64,000 bases of DNA from Chlorokybus atmophyticus (Eukaryota; Plantae; Mesostigma and Chlorokybus algae). This document shows positions 1 through 10,498 of the stretch, piece after piece. Both the position numbers and the translations under genes were made by a program. How positions within the stretch are numbered: the first letter of the stretch is position 1; each line of letters starts with the position of its first letter. Below the pieces are notes generated by a model, which was not told where the DNA came from, ran no database searches, and saw nothing but the letters and a program-made list of their open reading frames with translations. The stretch spans positions 7,719-71,718 of the forward strand of contig RHPI01003728.1 in the NCBI GenBank assembly GCA_009103225.1, written 5' to 3'.

Positions 1-827
1 GGGGGGGGTGGCTCTTCAATGCGACAAATCAGCACACATGGTGCACGCGGGTGTGCAAGCTGCCTCTGCCACCAAACTCTGTTATCGCGTCGCAGGCGTA
101 GCGACTCCCATCTGAATGGCGCAGCATAACGCTCCACTGCCTGCTCGATCACCTGACGCCCATCTGCCGCCATACACCACCTGCTGGTCTTGGTGGTCTC
201 GTCCAGCATGCGTTCATCCAGGCCCTCGACATGGCTGTCGTCACTCGTGTACTCCCCCGCATCGTCATTTTCTTCGAGCTTCCACAGAATCAGCTCGACG
301 TGCCGTATGACATACAGCCACTGCCAGCCAAAGCATGCCAAGTACAGCTCGAATGGTTTTACTTGCCACCCATTATGTTTGCTCAGGTAGTGGCACACAT
401 CTCGACCCGCATTAGTCGACATCGACAGGTACATCTGCTGCAGCAGGTCGAAGTTCTGCTCCGCAGATAGCTCTTGCACATTGCCGGGGTGCTGCGGCAG
501 CAACAACACCATCATATCGAGGACGGCGAGGGGCAACAACGTACTACGGATGGCCATATCGTGTATGGGTTCCAACCACGGCCAATCCCCAGAGGTCTGT
601 TTAGACCGCATTCTCCGCGTTTGCTCCCACTTATTGCAAACTTTCGTCACCCACCTCGAGGCATGCCGCATGCGGTGATGCAGCGCGTCTTGGGCGTACT
701 GTAGGGTGATCAACTCCTTTGCACTACGAGTCAGCCCCCCAAAGCGTCTGCGCGTCGGTGCTTTGAGCTTAGGCAGCTCGTGCCGCACCGGCTGTCTCTC
801 TGGACGATGCTGAGCAGCCACTTGACG
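1..827 (-). CDS. Long open exon (>270 codons, runs off the left edge), unknown function; probably the C-terminal part of the OTU gene
   Basis: Manual translation is stop-free from an acceptor (TTACAG at 833-828) to base 1: RQVAAQHRPERQ...WPWLEPIHDMAIRSTLLPLAVLDMMVLLLPQHPG...FELYLACFGWQWLYVIRH...; it is absent from the ORF track because it has no stop inside the window. Confidence 0.6.
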
Positions 828-950
828 CTGTAAACCCGCATGTGCCTACTCAGGACACACAGTCAGCCCCAGTGAGGCTTCAAGGCGCTGTGCTTCTTCT
901 AATGTTGTAACGATGCCTCACCTTTCCTTTTTTGGTCCTGTCAGCGTCCT

Positions 951-2402
951 TTATTCCAACAACCTTCTTCTTTTTTTTTGTGTCACCCTGCACACATCCT
1001 GGCAGGCGCTCTCCGTGGCACTGCCACTCAAAGGAGGTAAGGCGTTATCTTCTTGCTCCACAGCCTTGCGCTTGTTGGTTGCCTCCCGTTCCTCCACGAC
1101 CTCATGTTGCTTCATAAGGTCGAGCATGAAGCCTTTGTCTTTCAGCGCAGCTTTCAGGACACCTCGATCAATCTCTTTACCAACAAGACAGGTTGGGATC
1201 AATGTGGCAAGCTTAGAGGGAGAGGGCGAGCTACAGCTGCTTCTTGATGGAGATGCCTGCGGATGGTTAGAGTGCGGTGGCAAGTGAGTCTCCGCGGCAG
1301 GAAGGGAGGGTGCTGAATTGGGATTGCGAGCATGTGGCTGTGGTTGAGGGGAGGCAGGATGTGCAGAACACTCGGCTACTTCTTGCCTAGCACACGAAGG
1401 CGAGGCCTGAGGCGTTGGCGCAGCACTCTGGGTCACAGCCGGTGGTAGCGGGGAATTGGCAACGCCATGCCGCCACTCTCCGATCAGGTGTGTTACCTCC
1501 GGTGGCACTTCATGCATAGGCCACGACCACTGTTCGGTGCTTGCAGGCTTGAGGAGCCAAAAGTGTGCTTCTGGCTCATCAGGAGCAGTGTTGCCCACCA
1601 CCAGGACTGAGTTGGGGGCTTCTTTATTTCCAACCCAAACTGCGCTGCCGGGCCGTGGCACCCACTCCCCATGCTCGCGCTGAACGGTCACGCAGCCAAT
1701 CAACAAGCCCAGCTTGTTGGCAAACATGGTCATCTGCAGGTGCTCGACGTACACATCTTTTCTCCGCACGATCTGTCGCACCTTGGCCATGGCTAGGTCA
1801 ATGTTGCAGTTGATATCAGCCAACATGGTCGCAGGCAGTTTGTCGTAATACTGCGCCATCTCTCCCGCGGCACCAGTGGCTCTGCAGAAGTCTAGGATTC
1901 TGCTCGCCACGCCTGCATCGACAGCCTTGGCGGTGATTTTGCGGAGAGTGTGCCCCCTGCCGTCGTCGTCCATGGTGTCCAGCATGGCCCAAAATCTGCT
2001 CGAGCTGGGGCACTTGTGATCATCCAGGACACTTTGCGCTATGGATGGCCTGGCGCGAAATACGCAATGGTAGAAGCAATTACCATCCGTTGGCGCACTG
2101 AAGTGGTCCCATGAGGCGAGCTGGCCACCTAGCATGACTGATGGCCGTATGCGGGTTGCGGCCAGCTCCTCTGATGACTCGCTGGCAGGTGGTGACCCCT
2201 GCTGCATGCGCATACAGCACTCACATGGTGTGTCCAACTGTGGACGGCAAGAGTCACAGTGACTGATAAAGTACCTGAGTTTGGGGCAGACTGCCGGCTT
2301 CAACTTGCAGCGGGTGGGGTAAGGTAGGTGCAGAAGCCACATCGGTTGTTGCATTGTGCTGTGGTCTCGCCGGTGGCGGCAAGAAGGATTGTTGCCCCGC
2401 AA
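951..2402 (-). CDS. OTU-like cysteine protease (deubiquitinase-family) domain protein; main exon of a spliced gene whose upstream exons lie at about 2275-2860
   Basis: 483-aa ORF with OTU catalytic motif PTDGNCFYHCV (D-G-N-C at 2076-2087) and distal His motif AHFWLL (about 1565); upstream exons are bounded by donors GAG|GTAAGT (about 2643) and CAG|GTACTT (about 2275). Confidence 0.7.
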   Translation of the reverse strand: MRGNNPSCRHRRDHSTMQQPMWLLHLPYPTRCKLKPAVCPKLRYFISHCDSCRPQLDTPCECCMRMQQGSPPASESSEELAATRIRPSVMLGGQLASWDHFSAPTDGNCFYHCVFRARPSIAQSVLDDHKCPSSSRFWAMLDTMDDDGRGHTLRKITAKAVDAGVASRILDFCRATGAAGEMAQYYDKLPATMLADINCNIDLAMAKVRQIVRRKDVYVEHLQMTMFANKLGLLIGCVTVQREHGEWVPRPGSAVWVGNKEAPNSVLVVGNTAPDEPEAHFWLLKPASTEQWSWPMHEVPPEVTHLIGEWRHGVANSPLPPAVTQSAAPTPQASPSCARQEVAECSAHPASPQPQPHARNPNSAPSLPAAETHLPPHSNHPQASPSRSSCSSPSPSKLATLIPTCLVGKEIDRGVLKAALKDKGFMLDLMKQHEVVEEREATNKRKAVEQEDNALPPLSGSATESACQDVCRVTQKKRRRLLE

Positions 2403-3205
2403 TCACCGGTGCTGCTCGTGGAGGAGATGGCAGTGCACGAAGGACTGGTGCCGCGGAAGGTGGTTGCGCTCTGGCTTGGAGGGGAGCAGGAGCTGCAGGT
2501 GAGACCACTTGTGCATGCAGCAAGGGGGCTGTATATAGGACCCCGGGTAAGATGGCTCACAATGTTGCAAAGGACGAATATAAGCTTATGCAGTGCCTGA
2601 CGCATTGTTACCAAGGCATGAGCATAAAAGACAGCGACTTACCTCAATGGCCCGTGGGCTGCATGGAGCAGGGGAAGCCATGGGGGCTGACAAGGTGGTA
2701 TTGGCTGCACTCTCCCCGCCACCCTCCATGGCAGACTCGTCACGGAGCTCTTGAGCCATGGGCACATCATGCGCCACTGCCCCAATGGACATGTCGGGAT
2801 TCAACAGGCCAACATGCATGTTAAACTGATGCCGCATTGCCGCCGCGCCCATCAGCAAGTGGGATTGAAGGACCAGTTGATGGGATTGAATCCAGGCTTG
2901 CATAGGAGCTCCAACAGGACTTAGTGCACTGTGGTGCTGTCAACCAATCACATGTGGGTTAGCTGCATGCTTGCGACACTGCAATTGCAATAGTCAACTG
3001 TGTCACACCGTCATCAGTTATTTGCTTCGAACAGTCACCTGCGGCATTGCTAGTTGATGCACGAATGATTGCATGGACTGCGTCATTGCTGGTTGATGCA
3101 CTATTGGTTGAATGCCGGACGAATGGCCACGCGCTCCTGTGCTCAAACCCAGCCTACTTCGTTCGGCACGCGCGCGCGACTTCGCACGCTCACGCACATC
3201 CTAGC

Positions 3206-6095
3206 ATGGAAAGGTAGGCATGCATTGGAGCCGACATTGCAGTCAACATGCACAGCGAGATTGGCAACAACATACCGCCGCCCAGCTCTGTCTATCTGCT
3301 CTTGCTTCCGCAATGTCGGCTTGACTGTAGGGTGGGTATGGGTGAATAGTGGAGGCCTGCAGCCACGCTACATATATCACATGGACTGCGCTAAAAAAGT
3401 TTAAAAAAACAAATTGCTCTTGCAAGGTAATGCATGTGACTGTTGAGCGTACCTTTGCATTCCTTTGTGCTTATTCCCACAGCCGCAATTGGTCCCGCAT
3501 GGTTTTGACAAGGGGCTCCAAGGACTGCAGCTCCTGATCCGCTCCCTGTTGCAGAAAGCGAGCCACCAAGCAGCTCTCTATGTGAAGATGGTCTTTAATG
3601 GCTTGCCTGCTGGTTTGTCCAATGTTGGTGATGCATGTTGGACAGCCCCATTGCTGACGCCTGCCATGATCCATGACGTGGCGACCGGTAGTAGCTGTCT
3701 TCGCTGCTTGAACTCTTACGACCACAACTTCTCGCAAGATGTGCCACGCCGCCGCCGCCGCCGCCGCCTCCTCCAACTCCTGGTCCTCCGCCTTATAGTC
3801 GAACCCAGGCCCATCAAGCCTGACATTCGACCCGTCATCGACCTGGTGCCCCTGCGTGCCATCATCCGGCCATCAATGCAGCGTGTTTGGGTGAGTGCAT
3901 GCTAACTCCCATTTGGGCTGATCGAGCAATGCCTCTGTCGTACCATGGATGGTACGACAGAGCCATTGTACGGCAATCGCTGGGGTTGGACGAGAGATGC
4001 CTCTGTCGTACCATAAATGTTACGACACAACCATTGGTAACAATGGTTGTACGAAGCATGCATGGCACGAATGCATAAGTCGTACCATCAACCATATGAG
4101 CAAGGACGCACTACAAGTGCGACTCTAGTGCGGGACTCTAGACATTCAAAACCGCCTCATTTTCGTTTTCGCGCCTTATACATTCGGGCGGGCCAACCGG
4201 CGGCGGCAGCGTTGGAGGCGGCTGCGCCACTTACAGCTAAACAGGCGGCACCCGACTATCAGTTGGAGAGATGCCTCGTGGTCCATCCGTAAGTGCACCT
4301 CGTCGTGGAGGTCGGCGCCAATTGTCCACATTGCCCCCAGTGTTCAACCAGGCAACCGTCGCCAACCAATCGCAGCAAGACCCCGCGCTAACGCCCAGCA
4401 CATCACAACAACTCCACCTGACACCGCAATCGCACGGGCAAGCTAGACAGCATGCGTTCTTGATGCACTATGCACGTTGCTTCTTGCTCAACTGCGAACT
4501 TGGATGCTTGCTTCTATCATGACTAGCACAGTGACTCACTACATGCGTTCTGGATACACTGTGCACGTTGTTCTTCTTTTGCAACTGTGAGGGTTGCATC
4601 TTTCATGGCTGGCAGCATGACTCATGTGGTTGTGCTTGCAGAGGGTCGATTGGAACCCCCAACCCAAACGCATTTGGCCGTGACGTGGCAACCTTGGCCG
4701 TCAGCAACCCTTCCCCAAGCAAGTGGAAGATTGGCAACGAGGTAAGCACTGTGTGACACTGTGACACTGTGTGTATGTGTGTAACGGATTGTTCTTCTGT
4801 GGACAGCATTTGCGAGATGCCGTCGTTGAAATCATAAACGGCCACTGGGTAGAGAGCCACGTTTATCCCAAGGAGGACACTATTCGTAACGTCATGTGTC
4901 AGGTGCTGTGAATGCTTCATGACCGCACTGCACCGTGACACTAACCAACCTGCCCGTGACAGGTAGTTGGCTTCGACCATGACGACGAGGCCAATGCGGC
5001 CAAGTTTTATGAGGTGTACTGGACTCCCAAGGAGTGCCCCTTCCACTGGAGTGTCGCCCTGAAGAAAGTTACGCAGGTCCGGTCTGAGAACATCACCAAG
5101 ATCAAGCATGTCCTTGAGAAGGAGTACAGGTGGACACTGTTTAACAGCAACAAGCGCAAGTGTGTTGGGTCCCTCACCACCATGTCTGCTATGCAACACT
5201 GCCTTCTTACTCAGCCTCCATACACGTACTCATCTCGCCTATTGTAACCGATTCAATCAGGCACATCGACGCCCTAATGGACCCCGAAACCCAAAAAGCC
5301 CAGATGCGCAACGCGCTCCAAAGTAAGTCACAGGCACTATTCTGGCCTGGTGCAGGCTCAACTTGAACTATCTATTTCGTGACTAATGCCTTGCCCATGT
5401 GACTGTCGCAGACAAGTCATGGCGGAGATTTGAGGTGACCGACACTGCAGACCCGGAGCGGAGGAGATACATCCATGAATGGGGCAATCCCATAATCTGG
5501 CAAATGATCGTGCAATGCTGGTCTTACGCCGTCACTACACCTGGTCGCCGGCAGCTGACAGTCAACCACCTCGCATACCTGTTGCTTACGGTGAGCACAC
5601 TGAACTCCATCATTAGCAATTCAAGAATGCTGTAGCCCCAAACTACAGGCTTGCAGACGCGTTGCAGTGAATAGTGGCTTTCGATGCCACTAAGACATGC
5701 CTGTAAACTACGCAGGTGGAGCGCATCCTAAAGGGCAAGGATGGAGACCCTCTCCTAGCTGCTAGCATAGACACACATGAAGAGTACCGCAGCGAAATCA
5801 ACACCATGATCATGTCAATGAAGCGGGAGATGAGGCAACGGTACGCAGCCCTCCAGCCATTCACCCTTGTGAAACGCCGCACTGCATCTTGTGTCGAATA
5901 CTGAAAGCTCCCAATCGGCGCCGGCCGCAAGAGACAGCAGCTCGTGACACGCTCGCTGAGGCAGAAGCGGCATTTAATTGGCTGGCACAACCGTTTGAGG
6001 AGGAAGAGCAAGCTCCGGCGTCTCCTCCACAGGCCCCAGCGCGTGGTGCTTTGTTCCGTAATGACGAGACCAGCGATGATGGAGAGGAGCTGTAG
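3206..6095 (+). CDS. Multi-exon gene of unknown function, divergent from the OTU gene (5' boundary uncertain)
   Basis: Spliceable exons with canonical sites: VATLAVSNPSPSKWKIGNE|GTAAGC; VVGFDHDDEANAAKFYEVYWTPKECPFHWS; HIDALMDPETQKAQMRNALQ; KSWRRFEVTDTADPERRRYIHEWGNPIIWQMIVQCWSY...LAYLLLT|GTGAGC; VERILKGKDG...; ends ...SDDGEEL* at 6095. Confidence 0.55.
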
Positions 6096-6489
6096 CGCAG
6101 TTGGTAGTCCGTTTAGCTGGTAGTGTACATAGCTACAAGGCTCTTGTGACTGAGTGTTGTGCATCTTAAACCAGCTCAGTCAATCGTCATTATGCTCATG
6201 CACATGAATACTTGCATCCCTATGATATACAACAGAATTGCATTCGAGTCACATAATCGAACTACAAGCCTTGGCAAGTGACTGAGAGACACTGTACACA
6301 TTTCAGGTACATGTACACAGCACAGGCACATAAGAATGCTGGAAGTCAGTGACAGTCGCGTGTAGTCAAGCTATGCAAATACATATGACGACAGTTAGGC
6401 ATTGGTCACCTTCAGTTGTTAAAGAATGCCTTATTTTGTCGATAATTACCTAGTTGGTGCTTGCGAATTAGGCTGAGTCGCCTGCGCTG

Positions 6490-6800
6490 GACTGGTGTGT
6501 AAACTGCAGGTGCCTGTCACATAGGCTGAGTCACCTAAGTAAGACTGATGTGTAACTTACAGGTGCCCGTTGATTAGTTGTAGTCACCTAATAAGGCCCG
6601 ATGTGTAACTAACAGTTGCCTGTAAATTACACAAAGTCATTTGTTAAGGCCTGGTGTGTGACTAACAGGTGCCTGTTAATTATATAAAGTCACCTGTTAA
6701 GGCCTGATAGGTAACTAACAGGCGCCTGTTAGTTAGGCATAGTCAACTGTTAAAGACTAAATTGTAACAAAAAGGGCCTTACAGTAACGAAAGTTACTAT
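6490..6800. repeat. Degenerate 53-bp tandem array (about 6 units) with an internal palindrome
   Basis: Unit starts at 6490, 6543, 6596, 6649, 6702 and 6755 (exact 53-bp period); core TAACAGGTGCCTGTTA, a perfect 16-bp palindrome TAACAGGCGCCTGTTA in unit 5. Confidence 0.9.
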
Positions 6801-8878
6801 TAGGTCCCTGTATCAAGATTACAGGTGGCCTGAGCCACGACAGTCTAAATTAGCGTCCTCAGGTGCACGGCCGTTGCCATTATTTAGTCGGCCGGCAGGG
6901 AAAACATATTGCAACGAGAGTACAAGGCGTAGACTAGAGTGCATTGAGAAATGTGTGCGTGCATGCAAGCTAATGTGGTTGACAGATGAGTAGTGTACAC
7001 GCAAATGCTGTGTGTATGCACGCCATTGCCGCCCTCACCATATTGCCGCCCTCACGCCATTGCCGCCCTCACCATATTACACAGTGCACATAAAACCCGC
7101 CGCACAAATGCGGTAATTCCGCACCTGACGGCAGTGCACGTGTGCACGGGCGGCAGGGCGGCGTGTATCTCTATGTGGTTGCCGGGGGGGGGGGGGGGGG
7201 GGGGNTGTACACCAGTCATACATACCTGCTGCTCGGCCGCTCGGCCGTCGCCGCCGCCGCTGCCTCTGCCGCCTCCCCTGCCGCTGGCCGCTGAGGGTAG
7301 GCAGGCCGCTGAGGGTAGGCAGGCCGAGTAGCCGTTAAACGGAATGTGCGCAATGTCTACTCAGTATAGTTGTAGCAATCGTTAAATACATGGATTTCAT
7401 TTACAACATCGAGCGGCTACTACAAACTCAAAGTAGTGAATCGGCGGTCAGGATAGCTCAAAGTAGCTTAAGGATTAGGTCGATCGACGATAAGAATTAG
7501 CTCGGCAACAGTTGCTCTGAATTATCGCTGAGCGTCCGTTCAATCCCGAACAGTGCCGCTGTCTCCTAATAAGCACACGTGAATGGGCGCCAATCCTAGC
7601 TACTACTCTTTCCTCGTTATAAGCGTCACGTTTATCCTGTAGCCTCCTTTTCATTCAACAACGGGGGTAATTCTTTTAATGCTTAAGAGAAAGGGTTTTT
7701 CTTAACGTTGAGCAGATCATATATAGCTATCCATAGGTTTTTTGCTGTTACCCTACAGCCACGCGATCATCACATGCTGACGTGGCTAGCATTGTGTAAA
7801 TTTGTATGCAACTTAACTATTCTATGATACAAACATATAATGTTTTCGCATTTGAATATATATGTTGTTCACAAGATATTCCCCCGTGATTTGATCGGCC
7901 CCACTAGAAAAAATGAATCAAATGTTTATTCTTTGTTCGTGCGAAATTTTTGGTTTAAAATATACATTTTTGTGTCAAACAGTTGGTTTCTTGCAATAAA
8001 ATGTCATTAACGGGGTTATCCTTGTAAACGGAGGTTCCTTAATCGGGAAAGATCGTAGGCCTTATGTTTGCGGTGGTGTATGAGTCAGCAAAGGGCACCA
8101 CAAGGCACATGCAAGCCAACAATGACTCATTGTTGTGCTCGGAGCAACAAAGCATGTGTATACGCAACAATGCTAACAAGCATGAACTTGAGTGTGAGAA
8201 TCCTATGGTATGAGACATGTTATGCACACAATTTACTAATAGCATATGATCCTCCCATGATGTGCATTAACATACATTCATAAGTATATGTGTTCAATGT
8301 GATTGTCATATGAAAGTACAGTGTGCGTTTACGATGTTCAGTTCAAGATGTTGTGCATTTTATGTTGTGCATGCACGTACGTTGCATTTGTTAAGGCATC
8401 ATGTAGTTATCACAACCTTTTATGGTAGCGTAAGTAAATTTACACCGAGGCAAATTATGTTGTAACCTTAAACATCTTTCGATCATATATATTGTATTTG
8501 GATACATCAAGACTCGGAAGATGTTTAAAGTTACAAGTGGTGAATAACATGGACTATCATAGTCCGTATAATGTACTGCATTATACACATTATTATATTT
8601 GGTGTATGTGATATAATGTAATAATAATCATAATGTCATGACTTAATTGAATGTTGAAATTTATGTACATACACGATACTCTTCATGTGATCTTTCGCAG
8701 TTGCTGTTGTTGTTGCACCCATGCACGCATAAATGTCTTATGCAAGTAATGAACCGAGCTTGACATGTGTTTGCAGTTGTCATTTCAGTAGCAATATACA
8801 TAATGATGTCAATTATTTTGTTAACATATCTTTCACATTGACCTTTCGACTTACCTGCTGAGAGCGTTTCAAACTTGT

Positions 8879-8934
<56 letters not shown>
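8879..8934. repeat. (CA)n microsatellite
   Basis: Direct reading of the sequence. Confidence 0.95.
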
Positions 8935-8936
<2 letters not shown>

Positions 8937-9092
8937 GCAGTTCAACTCATAGCACACCTTGCAGCAAGCAACACCCAATAAGGAGTTGATGGGGAGAGCA
9001 CTCTTCAACAGCTTCAGCCAGGCACCCCACACACATATAGCTCCGCAAGGCTATCAATCTATCAATCTATCAATCTGATTGCCCTCCCACAA

Positions 9093-9619
9093 TGTAACGG
9101 GAGCAATAATAATAGGGGTATTATTGCTACCTAAATAACACATTCTATATGAATAAGTATCTAAATATGCTTATTTATACCTCTTTTCTATGGTTCCTCG
9201 CTTATTAAAGGCTATGCTGCTTTATCATAGCTTAAATAAGTCCCAATGGGTGTAGAACCGCTTATTCAAGCCTATTTAGTGTCACATTTGACATAATGTG
9301 GTCACTATCTCGTTAGGTACCTTACGATAGGTGTCGTTCGATAGGTACCTTATCGATAGGTACCTTATCTGAGATGTGATTGGCTCACGCTAGATTTCTT
9401 AACTACCCTATCTGTAGGGTCGATGTCTAGTTGTGAGTTAATTATCGAGAGGTATATATTTGATATACTCCTGATATAAAAGATCACATCAAACTGATGT
9501 GAGGGACTTTCAGTTCTTTGCTCAGTGGCGGCCACGCCGTTGAAAGGCTTGTCATAGGCGGTGTGGGTGTTGGGGTAGAGGATTGAAGGGGCATCACCGG
9601 CGATGGTGGTGCTGTTACA
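9093..9619 (+). repeat. 5' LTR
   Basis: Aligns without gaps to 15573-16099; about 31 mismatches in 527 bp by manual count (about 94% identity). Confidence 0.97.
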
Positions 9620-9620
9620 C

Positions 9621-9634
9621 TGGTATCCAGGAGC
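9621..9634 (+). promoter_or_regulatory. Primer binding site, tRNA-iMet type (imperfect)
   Basis: TGGTATCCAGGAGC one base after the 5' LTR; canonical TGGTATCAGAGC with two extra bases. Confidence 0.7.
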
Positions 9635-10498
9635 TGGGGGGTGATGTGGGTACTTATAGGGGGCGGCGACCGGCTTTCGGCCAATCAAAAGGCGTCGGCG
9701 GCGGCCTTCTATTCGTCCACCTGCGCTACCTCCACGTTGAAGCCACCTATCAAAGAGGCGGCCTCTCCACGTGTGAGGTACCATCACACACGTCGGTGAC
9801 TTGCCTGCTTGCCTGCTTGTCAGGTGCTTGCCAGGTGCACGTGTGTACTTTCATGCACATCACACAGTGACTTGCTAGTGCACTATCATTGCTTGCTGTG
9901 ATTGCCTGTCATTGCATGCGGTGATTGCGGCTTGCTAGTGTGCCATCACTGTTTGTCACACTTAGTGCACTGTCATTACTTGCAGTGATTGCCTGTGATT
10001 GCATGCGGTGATTGCTTGTCATTGTGCTTGCCAGTGCATGTCACAGTTAGTCACCGTACGGCTTGCCTGTTGCATGCCTGTGACGTACCTGTGACCTGCC
10101 AGCTGCTTTTTCGGGTCGCTTGACCCGGGTCCGCAAGTTCCGAACCAAGCTGTTCCAAACCCCTCCCCCTCTGGCTTCGGCCTGGAAATCGGGACTTGGT
10201 TAGGACCGTTTTGGGGAAGTTTTAGGACATTCTGTTCAAAAACACTGTTAGTCTGAAACCCTCCCCCTCTGGCTTCGGCCTAGAGATTGAGACTTGGTTG
10301 AGGACAACACAGGGTTAGGACATTCTGGTCCCATTCAAGCGTGTTCTGTTTGGTGACACTCCAGATCCAACCTTTTCTGTTTTTGAGATTGGTTTGGACT
10401 CTGTTTGGGACTTTTACAACTTGGGTCTTTTTGATCCTCGTTGAACCTGGTCCATTGATGAGGTTCTCACCAATCCATTTTGCCTGTTTTGTAGACAA

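Noticed and set aside
6490-6800. CRISPR array
   Set aside because: Entire 53-bp units are homologous with no unique spacers; eukaryotic context; no cas genes.
7330-8870. Decayed coding sequence in AT-rich DNA
   Set aside because: The minus-strand frames I translated (about 7400-7700) are stop-rich with no recognisable motif, and the ORF track shows only short ORFs elsewhere.
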